From Gammaproteobacteria bacterium (GTDB taxonomy: Bacteria; Pseudomonadota; Gammaproteobacteria; DRLM01), in the NCBI GenBank assembly GCA_919903055.1, contig CAKKSB010000002.1, positions 1-48,370 on the forward strand: a stretch of 48,370 nucleotides of DNA, written 5' to 3'. A program made the translations under genes and the position numbers. This document shows positions 39,611 through 48,370 of the stretch, in pieces. The notes beneath the pieces are model-generated. The model was not told the DNA's origin. It saw only the letters and a list, made by a program, of their open reading frames with translations, and ran no database searches. The number at the start of each line of letters is the position of its first letter. Positions within the stretch are counted from its first letter, which is position 1.

Positions 39611-41647
39611 ATGGCCGATGAGCTGATGTACACACACTGGCATCTGGAGATCGACGCCAAGCGCATCGCCTGGCTGGCCATGGATAAAGCCGAGGCCGGC
39701 GCCAACGTGCTTTCCAAAGCCGTGCTGCAAGAATTACAAACCGTCATCGACGCGCTCGCTGTCGCGCGGCCGCGCGGCCTGGTGATTTATTCGGCCAAGG
39801 CCAATGGCTTCATTGCCGGCGCCGACGTGAAGGAATTCACCGCACTGAACAATTTCGAGGAGGCGACGGAGCTGGTCGGCCGCGGCCAGGCGGTGTTGAA
39901 CCGTCTCGAAGCCTTGCCGTTTCCCACCGTCGCGATGATCCATGGTTTTTGCCTGGGCGGCGGCATGGAGCTGGCGCTGGCTTGCCGCTATCGCGTCGCC
40001 GAAGACGATCCGCGGACCCGGCTGGGATTGCCCGAAGTGAAGCTCGGCATCCATCCCGGCTTCGGCGGCACCGTGCGTTTGCCGCCGTTGATCGGCGCGC
40101 CGCTGGCGATGGATTTGATGTTGAGCGGCCGCACCGTGGAGGCGCGCCAGGCGCAAAAAATGGGCTTGGTAGATTATGCCGTGCCGGCGCGGCAGTTGCG
40201 GCGCGCCGCCGAAAGCATGGTGCTGGAACAGCCTCAACCGCATCAGCCCAAATTTTTCCAGCGCATCACAAATCATGGTGCGCTGCGGCCGCTGCTGGCG
40301 TCCATGCTGCGCAAGAAAGTGGCGGACAAGGCACCGCCGCAACACTATCCCGCGCCTTACGCGATGATCGACCTTTGGTCGGAATACGCCGGCAACCGTA
40401 AGCGGATGATGCAGGAGGAGGCCCGCTCGGTGGCGCGGCTGGTAACCGGCGACACCGCGCGCAATCTGGTGCGGGTGTTCTTTTTGCAGGAGCGTCTCAA
40501 GTCGCTGGGCCGCGGCGCGGATTTCAACGCCAAACACGTGCACGTGATCGGCGCCGGCGTGATGGGCGGCGACATTGCCGCTTGGTGCGCGCTGCGCGGT
40601 TTGCGGGTCACGGTGCAGGACCGCAATCCCGAGGCCCTCGGCCGGGTGATGAAACGCGCGCAAGCTTTGTATAAAAAGAAATTGAAATTGCCGCGGCTGG
40701 TGCAGGCCGCCATGGACCGCTTGCAGCCGGACCGGGCCGGCGCCGGCTTACGACGCGCCGATGTGGTCATCGAGGCGATTTTCGAAGACGTCAAAGCGAA
40801 ACAGCATCTCTATCGCGAGGTCGAACCGCTGATCCGCGCCGACGCGCTGCTCGCCACCAACACCTCGAGTATTCCGCTGGAGACCTTGAGCGAAGTGCTG
40901 CAACGTCCCGAACGTTTGGTGGGCGTGCACTTCTTCAATCCGGTCGCGCAAATGCAATTGGTGGAAGTGGTGGCCAGCACGCTGACGTCGCCCGAAGTAG
41001 CGAAGCAGGCCGCCGCCTTCGTGCGGCAGATCGATCGTCTGCCTTTGCCGGTCAAGAGCTCGCCGGGTTTTTTGGTGAACCGGGTGTTAATGCCATATTT
41101 GCTGGAAGCAGTAACCTTGGAAGCGGAAGGCGTGCCGGCGACGGTGATCGACGCCGCCGCCACCGAATTCGGCATGCCGATGGGGCCGATCCTGCTCGCC
41201 GATACCGTGGGCCTCGATATCTGTCTTTCGGTAGCGGAAATTCTTTCCAAACAATTGCAGCGCGGCGAAGTGCCGCCGCGCTTGCGCGAACTGGTCGCCG
41301 CCGGCCATCTCGGCAAGAAAAGCGGCCGGGGATTTTATACCTATCAAGGCGACCGGCCGGTGTTCGTCAAACCGCCCAAGGGTTATCAGCCGTCGGCGGA
41401 TATCACCGACCGCTTGATGTTTCGTTACTTCAACGAGGCGATGGCCTGTCTCCGCGAAGGCGTGGTGGAAGACGCCGGCTTGCTCGATGCGGGTATGATC
41501 TTCGGTACCGGCTTCGCGCCGTTCCGCGGCGGGCCGCTGCATTTCGCGCGCCATACCGGCGCGCTGGCGGTGCGGCGGCGTTTAGAAGAGTTGACTCAAG
41601 AACACGGCCAGATTTTTCAGCCCGACGAGGGATGGCAGTCCGCATAA
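39611..41647 (+). CDS. fadJ: Fatty-acid oxidation complex alpha subunit (enoyl-CoA hydratase / 3-hydroxyacyl-CoA dehydrogenase)
   Basis: N-terminal crotonase fold (FIAGADVKEF...IHGFCLGGGMELALAC). NAD-binding VHVIGAGVMGGDIA. HCDH domain (NTSSIPL...VGVHFFNPV). It starts 3 nt after the thiolase stop, matching the fadI-fadJ order. Confidence 0.88.
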   Translation: MADELMYTHWHLEIDAKRIAWLAMDKAEAGANVLSKAVLQELQTVIDALAVARPRGLVIYSAKANGFIAGADVKEFTALNNFEEATELVGRGQAVLNRLEALPFPTVAMIHGFCLGGGMELALACRYRVAEDDPRTRLGLPEVKLGIHPGFGGTVRLPPLIGAPLAMDLMLSGRTVEARQAQKMGLVDYAVPARQLRRAAESMVLEQPQPHQPKFFQRITNHGALRPLLASMLRKKVADKAPPQHYPAPYAMIDLWSEYAGNRKRMMQEEARSVARLVTGDTARNLVRVFFLQERLKSLGRGADFNAKHVHVIGAGVMGGDIAAWCALRGLRVTVQDRNPEALGRVMKRAQALYKKKLKLPRLVQAAMDRLQPDRAGAGLRRADVVIEAIFEDVKAKQHLYREVEPLIRADALLATNTSSIPLETLSEVLQRPERLVGVHFFNPVAQMQLVEVVASTLTSPEVAKQAAAFVRQIDRLPLPVKSSPGFLVNRVLMPYLLEAVTLEAEGVPATVIDAAATEFGMPMGPILLADTVGLDICLSVAEILSKQLQRGEVPPRLRELVAAGHLGKKSGRGFYTYQGDRPVFVKPPKGYQPSADITDRLMFRYFNEAMACLREGVVEDAGLLDAGMIFGTGFAPFRGGPLHFARHTGALAVRRRLEELTQEHGQIFQPDEGWQSA

Positions 41648-41666
41648 TAAACCTGATGAGGCGCCG

Positions 41667-43466
41667 ATGTCATATGCCGTACCGGACATTATCACGCCGC
41701 AAACCGCGGTAACCCTGGCGGGGCTGTTCCGCGAACGGGTGCGGCGCAGCCCCGACGCGTCCGCCTATCGCTATTTCGACGAAACCACCATGCAGTGGCA
41801 GACCGCGCGCTGGGCCGACATGGCCCGCCAAGTCGCACGCTGGCAATCCGCGCTGTCGCAAGAAGGTTTGCAACGCGGCGACCGCGTGGCGGTGATGCTG
41901 CAAAACGGCCGCGAATGGGTGTGTTTCGAACAGGCCGCGCTGGGGCTGGGCCTGGTGGTGGTACCGCTCTACGTCAACGACCGCGCGGAAAACGCCGCGT
42001 ATATTTTGCGCGATGCCGGCGCCAAGTTCCTGGTGATCGGCGGCGCCGAACATTGGGAGGGATTATGCGAGGTGCGCAGTCAACTCGCTGAGCTGGTACG
42101 CATCGTGGTGGAGAAATCCTTCGACGGCATGGATTCCTCACTTACCTTGTTGAGCGCCTGGCTGCCGGTCGACGGCGGCGAGTTGCGCACGGTCGACGGC
42201 GACGCCGACGACCTCGCGACCTTGGTCTACACCTCGGGCACCACCGGACATCCCAAAGGCGTGATGCTCAGTCACCGCAACATTTTGAGCAACGCCTACA
42301 GTTGTTCGCGCACGGTGCCGGTCGATGGCGACGATGTCTTCCTGTCGTTTCTGCCTTTGTCGCATGCGCTCGAGCGCAGCGTAGGTTATTACCTGCCGAT
42401 GATGGCGGGCGCGACGGTGGCCTATGCCCGTTCCATTCCCGACTTGCCGGAGGATTTGCTCAGCGTGCGGCCCACCATCCTCATTTCCGTGCCGCGCATC
42501 TACGAACGCATCTACGCCAAACTCTGCGCCCAGCTCGATGAAAAGCCGCCCATGGCGCGGCGCCTGTTCGAGTCGGCGGTGGAAGTCGGCTGGCAGTGTT
42601 TCGAGCACCGCCAGGGCCGCGCGCCGTGGCGAGTACCACAAGTGTGGTGGCCGTTGCTGGAAAAATTAGTGGCTCGCAAATTGATAAACAAAATGGGCGG
42701 CCGGGTGCGAGTAGCGGTGTGCGGCGGCGCGCCGTTGTCGCCGGCCATCGCAAAGGTGTTCGTCGGTTTGGGCCTGCCGCTCATTCAAGGCTACGGCCTC
42801 ACCGAGACCAGTCCGGTGGTGTGCGCCAATAAGCTGGAAGATAATATTCCCGCCAGCGTAGGCCTACCTTTGCAGGATGTGGCGGTCAGTCTCGGCAATA
42901 ACGGCGAATTACTGGTGCGCGGTCCGAACGTGTGCCTGGGTTATTGGAATAAGCCGGAGGCGAGCGCGGCATTGATCGATAGCGATGGCTGGCTGCACAC
43001 CGGCGATGTGGCGCGCATCGAAGGCTGCCACGTCTTCATCACCGGTCGGCTCAAGGAGATCATCGTGCTCGCCAACGGCGAAAAATTGCCGCCGGCGGAT
43101 ATGGAGACCGCCATCGGCCGCGATCCGGTGTTCGAACATGTGCTGGTGATCGGTGAAGGACGGCCGTATCTGAGCGCGCTGGTGGTGCTCACGCCCGAAC
43201 GCTGGAAAACGCTGGCGCGGAGTCTGGATATCAATCCCGATGCGGCGGAGGCATTGCATTCCAAAGCGGTGGAGAAATGGGCCTTGGGTTGTATTGCCGC
43301 GCAGGTGCGCGGTTTTCCCGGCTATGTGCAAGTGCGGCGGGTGGCGGTAAGTCTGTTACCCTGGACCATCGAAAACGGTTTGCTCACGCCGACGCTCAAA
43401 GTGCGGCGCGAGCGTATTCTCGCCCAATTCCGCGACGAGGTGGATCGGCTCTACCAAGGACATTGA
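41667..43466 (+). CDS. Long-chain-fatty-acid--CoA ligase (AMP-dependent synthetase)
   Basis: AMP-binding signature LVYTSGTTGHPKGVMLSHRN, plus GYGLTETSP and GWLHTGD. 599 aa. Confidence 0.9.
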   Translation: MSYAVPDIITPQTAVTLAGLFRERVRRSPDASAYRYFDETTMQWQTARWADMARQVARWQSALSQEGLQRGDRVAVMLQNGREWVCFEQAALGLGLVVVPLYVNDRAENAAYILRDAGAKFLVIGGAEHWEGLCEVRSQLAELVRIVVEKSFDGMDSSLTLLSAWLPVDGGELRTVDGDADDLATLVYTSGTTGHPKGVMLSHRNILSNAYSCSRTVPVDGDDVFLSFLPLSHALERSVGYYLPMMAGATVAYARSIPDLPEDLLSVRPTILISVPRIYERIYAKLCAQLDEKPPMARRLFESAVEVGWQCFEHRQGRAPWRVPQVWWPLLEKLVARKLINKMGGRVRVAVCGGAPLSPAIAKVFVGLGLPLIQGYGLTETSPVVCANKLEDNIPASVGLPLQDVAVSLGNNGELLVRGPNVCLGYWNKPEASAALIDSDGWLHTGDVARIEGCHVFITGRLKEIIVLANGEKLPPADMETAIGRDPVFEHVLVIGEGRPYLSALVVLTPERWKTLARSLDINPDAAEALHSKAVEKWALGCIAAQVRGFPGYVQVRRVAVSLLPWTIENGLLTPTLKVRRERILAQFRDEVDRLYQGH

Positions 43467-43485
43467 TGATGAAAGGAAGCCGCGC

Positions 43486-43884
43486 ATGATTTCTCCCTGT
43501 CTGCCGCAGGACCGCGATCCCACTTTGCGTATCGTGGCCATGCCCACCGACACCAACGCCGCGGGCGATATCTTCGGCGGCTGGATCATGTCGCAGGTGG
43601 ACATCGCCGCCAGTATCGCCGCCTTGCGCCGCGCCAAAGGACGGGTGGTGACGGTGGCGGTGAATTCCTTTGAGTTTCACCGGCCGGTGTTCGTCGGCGA
43701 TCTCATCAGCTGCTACGCCGAAGTGACGCGGGTGGGACGCACGTCACTCACCGTGGAAGTCGAAGTGTTCGCCGAACGCAATCGCCAGCAGGACGATTGC
43801 ATTAAAGTCACCCAGGCGACGCTGACCTTCGTGGCGGTCGACGACCAGCGGCAACCGCGACCGGTGCCGCCCGCGGCGGCATGA
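43486..43884 (+). CDS. Acyl-CoA thioesterase, YciA-like hotdog fold
   Basis: LRIVAMPTDTNAAGDIFGGWIMSQVDIAA...FHRPVFVGDLISCYAEV. 132 aa. Confidence 0.88.
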   Translation: MISPCLPQDRDPTLRIVAMPTDTNAAGDIFGGWIMSQVDIAASIAALRRAKGRVVTVAVNSFEFHRPVFVGDLISCYAEVTRVGRTSLTVEVEVFAERNRQQDDCIKVTQATLTFVAVDDQRQPRPVPPAAA

Positions 43885-43909
43885 TGGAATTCTAGAAAAA
43901 AGCGGTTGA

Positions 43910-44015
43910 CCACGGAGGACACGGAGGGAAATCAACGATGGTGAGCCCTAGTCGAAGTCGTTCGATAGATTAATGCCCAATGTCACACTGTCTTGATTCT
44001 CCGTGCCCTCCGTGG
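43910..44015. repeat. Octamer-armed palindromic intergenic element of a second sequence family (CACGGAGG-type arms)
   Basis: Left arm ccacggaggacacggaggg (43910-43928), about 70 nt of spacer, and right arm ctccgtgccctccgtgg (43999-44015). The flanking gaaatcaa/cttgattc extend the pairing. It sits between the convergent thioesterase and comM genes. Confidence 0.75.
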
Positions 44016-44093
44016 CTTGCAGCTAAATTATGGATAGCATCGAGCTGTTTGAAGTCGCCTTGCTTTATCCTTCTCCCGAATAAACTTGTGACC

Positions 44094-45632
44094 TCAGCCG
44101 GCCGGCGCGACCGCGCCGCGCGGCGCGCGATCCAGCCGCCGATAAGAAATCGCTTCGCCGATGTGGGTAGCTTGTATCGCGGGCGCATCCGCAAGATCGG
44201 CGATGCTGCGCGCCACCCGCAGAACGCGATGAAAGGCGCGCGCCGAAAAACCCAAACGTATTACCGCCTGTTCCAATAAATCCTCCGCGGCTTTATCCAG
44301 CGCGCACGTGCGCTCCGTTTCTGTTGTCGTTAAATGATGATTGAGTTTGCCCGCCCGCGCCATTTGCCGCGTTTGAGCGGCGTGCACACGCTCGCGCACG
44401 TCGGCGCTGGAGGGTTCGTTGGCGGTTTGCGCGCCTCGCATCAGCTCGTGCGGCAGCGCCGGCACTTCAACGTGCAAGTCGATGCGATCGAGCAGCGGGC
44501 CGGAGAGGCGGGCGCGGTAACGCAGCACGTTTTCCGCGCTGCACCGGCAGCGGCCGTTCGCATCGCCGAGGTAACCGCACGGGCAGGGGTTCATCGCCGC
44601 GATCAATTGAAAACGCGCCGGGAATTCCGCCTGGTGCGCGGCGCGGGATATGACGATGCGCCCCGCTTCCAAGGGGCCGCGCAACACCTCCAGCACCCGG
44701 CGATCGAACTCGGGCAATTCGTCGAGGAACAATACGCCGTGATGGGCCAGTGAAATTTCGCCGGGCCGCGGTTGCGAGCCGCCGCCCACCAGCGCCACCG
44801 CCGACGCGGTGTGATGCGGGGCGCGGTAGGGACGGCGGCCCCATGACGCGGCGGTGAAACCCTGATCGCTGATCGACGCGATGGCCGCCGCTTCGAGGGC
44901 CGCCTCTTCGCTGAGCGGTGGCAGGATGGAGGTGAGCCGTGAGGCCAGCATGGTTTTGCCGGTGCCCGGCGGGCCGATGAACAATAAATTGTGGCCGCCG
45001 GCGGCGGCGATTTCCAAGGCGCGTTTGGCGTGATGCTGGCCGCGCACGTCGCGCAAATCCGGGTCGTGCGGCGCGGGTGTCATCGCCGGAATTTCCGTGA
45101 GTACGTGCGGCGCGAGGCGCGTCGTGCCGCGCAGGTGTTCGCACACTTCCAGCAAATGCCGGGCGCCGAACACCACCGCATCCCGCGCCAGCGCCGCTTC
45201 GTCGGCGTTGACTTGTGGCAGGATCACCGCGCGTCCCGCGTTGCGGCTGTGCAAGGCGAAAGGTAACGCGCCGCGGACGCTGCGCAATTCGCCGGTGAGC
45301 GCGAGTTCGCCGACGAATTCGTGGGTGTGCAGCGCGTCGTTGGGAATTTGCCCGGAGGCGGCGAGGATGCCGAGCGCGATGGGCAGGTCGAAGCGGCTGC
45401 CGTCCTTGGGCAGATCGGCGGGCGCCAGATTGATGGTGATGCGCCGCGCGGGAAAGTCGAATTGCGCGTTCAATAACGCGGCGCGCACCCGGTCCTTGCT
45501 TTCCTTGACGGTGGCCTCGGGCAGGCCGACGATCGACAGGCCGGGCAAACCGTTGGCGAGGTGCACCTCGACGGTGACGGCCGGTGCGCTAATGCCTTCC
45601 TGCGCGCGGGTATGAATGACAGCGAGGGACAC
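44094..45632 (-). CDS. comM: YifB/ComM-family Mg-chelatase-like AAA+ ATPase
   Basis: MSLAVIHTRAQEGISAPAVTVEVHLANGLPGLSIVGLPEATVKESKDRV. Walker A FIGPPGTGKTML. 512 aa. Confidence 0.93.
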   Translation of the reverse strand: MSLAVIHTRAQEGISAPAVTVEVHLANGLPGLSIVGLPEATVKESKDRVRAALLNAQFDFPARRITINLAPADLPKDGSRFDLPIALGILAASGQIPNDALHTHEFVGELALTGELRSVRGALPFALHSRNAGRAVILPQVNADEAALARDAVVFGARHLLEVCEHLRGTTRLAPHVLTEIPAMTPAPHDPDLRDVRGQHHAKRALEIAAAGGHNLLFIGPPGTGKTMLASRLTSILPPLSEEAALEAAAIASISDQGFTAASWGRRPYRAPHHTASAVALVGGGSQPRPGEISLAHHGVLFLDELPEFDRRVLEVLRGPLEAGRIVISRAAHQAEFPARFQLIAAMNPCPCGYLGDANGRCRCSAENVLRYRARLSGPLLDRIDLHVEVPALPHELMRGAQTANEPSSADVRERVHAAQTRQMARAGKLNHHLTTTETERTCALDKAAEDLLEQAVIRLGFSARAFHRVLRVARSIADLADAPAIQATHIGEAISYRRLDRAPRGAVAPAG

Positions 45633-45735
45633 GGTGCGCCTTTCTTCCTGAGGCCTGTGTATGCCGATATTTCGCCGCGGCGGGCGGCGTCATGCCTTCG
45701 CCATTATTCCCGAGAAATTTCTCTATCGCCAGGAA

Positions 45736-45999
45736 TTAGACGCCCGGTTTGTGCGGTTGGCCGTGATTTTCCAACGCGGCGATCTGCCGTTCCAGTGCCT
45801 CGAGCTGGAGGCGGGTGCGGGCCAGCAGCGCGGTTTGCACGTCGAATTCTTCGCGAGTGACCAGATTCAATTTGGCGAAGCCGCTCTGCAGGATCGCCCG
45901 GAAATTTTTTTCGGCGTCCTGCTGAAGCTCGCGCACGCCGGCGGGCAAAGCGTTGGCGAGCCGTTCCGCGAGTTGATCGAGTAGGTGGGGATCCATCAT
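45736..45999 (-). CDS. ubiK: Ubiquinone biosynthesis accessory factor UbiK (YqiC/BMFP family coiled-coil protein)
   Basis: 87 aa. ...NFRAILQSGFAKLNLVTREEFDVQTALLARTRLQLEALERQIAALE is typical of this family. Confidence 0.82.
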   Translation of the reverse strand: MMDPHLLDQLAERLANALPAGVRELQQDAEKNFRAILQSGFAKLNLVTREEFDVQTALLARTRLQLEALERQIAALENHGQPHKPGV

Positions 46000-46079
46000 G
46001 GTGTGGCGCTCCTGTGTCGGGTTGGTTTAACGCGAGGGATCAGTCTACTGCAATTCATAAAAAGTGTACCAGGGATGCT

Positions 46080-46096
46080 CGCACTACACTGGTGCG
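46080..46096. promoter_or_regulatory. Candidate NtrC enhancer site (CGCACTA-N3-TGGTGCG)
   Basis: A 17-bp dyad matching TGCACCA-N3-TGGTGCA at most positions. It lies about 110 bp upstream of the sigma54-like promoter. A weaker, one-nt-longer half-match (cgcatccaagatggtgcg) is at 46110-46127. Confidence 0.5.
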
Positions 46097-46189
46097 AAGG
46101 CTTTTTATCGCATCCAAGATGGTGCGCCAGGTTGCTTCGGTTGAGGCCGGATCGGGGTCATACCGCTGAAATAGAGCCGCTTTTTTGAG

Positions 46190-46205
46190 TGGCATACATC
46201 GTGCT
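46190..46205 (+). promoter_or_regulatory. Candidate sigma54 (-24/-12) promoter for glnK-amtB
   Basis: TGGCATacatcgTGCT has correct GG-to-GC spacing (12 nt) against the consensus TGGCACG-N4-TTGCW. It lies 146 nt upstream of the glnK ATG. Confidence 0.6.
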
Positions 46206-46290
46206 GAAGGCTAGACCGTAGGCCGTTTGGCGAGGCGCCGCAAGCTGGGGGCCCGCGCAAATATACCAGGGTTGTTCCGGTGGGCCGTGA

Positions 46291-46689
<399 letters not shown>

Positions 46690-46704
46690 GCGGGGGAGTT
46701 ACTC

Positions 46705-48141
<1,437 letters not shown>

Positions 48142-48166
48142 TCCACCAGATACGTCGGTACCTTGC

Positions 48167-48192
48167 GGGCGCCTTATGGCGCCCGTTTTTTT
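48167..48192 (+). terminator. Rho-independent terminator after amtB
   Basis: gggcgcc-ttat-ggcgccc stem-loop immediately followed by gttttttt. Confidence 0.8.
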
Positions 48193-48260
48193 GCCGCTCG
48201 AAAAGCGGTATTGCTAGTGCCGCCCGGACGGCGGGTGTTGTTCAAGAGTGATGAAGATTA

Positions 48261-48370
48261 AACCGCCAAGGCGCCAAGCGCGCCAAGATTATTTTTAAAA
48301 TTTGACGATTATTTTCTTGGCGTCTTGGCGTCTTGGCGTCTTGGCGTCTTGGCGTCTTGGCGTCTTGGCG
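48261..48370. repeat. Octamer-armed palindromic intergenic element, copy 3, with its right arm expanded into a (CTTGGCGT)n tandem array that runs off the window
   Basis: Left arm aaccgccaaggcgccaagcgcgccaag (48261-48287). AT-rich loop attatttttaaaatttgacgattatttt. From 48316 there are six full cttggcgt units plus a seventh truncated at the window end. Confidence 0.88.

Noticed and set aside
48316-48370. Possible CRISPR array or coding repeat (LGVLGV...)
   Set aside because: The units are 8 nt with no spacers, which is far too short for CRISPR repeats. The array is the inverted arm of a palindromic element seen twice elsewhere in non-coding DNA.

Overview
GC-rich, gammaproteobacterium-like core chromosome, densely coding, about 35 genes. 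No rRNA, tRNA, CRISPR array, transposase or integrase is recognisable. The left third follows the Pseudomonas-type arrangement pilQ-aroK-aroB-(DamX-like)-gltB-gltD-hemE (recalled from memory), with extra genes inserted. A 709-aa Ig-like/Ca-binding lipoprotein sits between pilQ and aroK, and a dGTPase-like gene plus a small WGR-domain gene sit between aroB and the DamX-like gene. The middle holds housekeeping genes (ketosamine kinase, transaldolase, PLD-type cardiolipin synthase-like, mpl-ubiX-LON_N). It also holds a SulP/STAS permease broken by a 1-nt frameshift, an envelope operon (ArnT-like GT-C transferase plus a DedA/degenerate-PAP2/LssY_C fusion), and a c-di-GMP node (GGEEF cyclase plus two tandem PilZ paralogues). 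The right third is a tightly coupled beta-oxidation operon (YiiX-like hydrolase, fadE, fadI-like, fadJ-like, acyl-CoA ligase, YciA-like thioesterase). It is followed by comM, ubiK and a sigma54/NtrC-type glnK-amtB unit. The most unusual non-genic signal is a set of intergenic palindromes whose arms are tandem octamers: CGCCAAGG/CTTGGCGT in three copies, one expanded to at least 7 units at the window end, and CACGGAGG/CTCCGTG in one copy. All four lie at 3' ends of transcription units. I see no clear defence or mobile system. The candidates for novelty are the pilQ-linked lipoprotein, the degenerate-PAP2 fusion operon, the twin-PilZ node, an AT-richer island with an orphan secreted protein, and the octamer-armed repeats.
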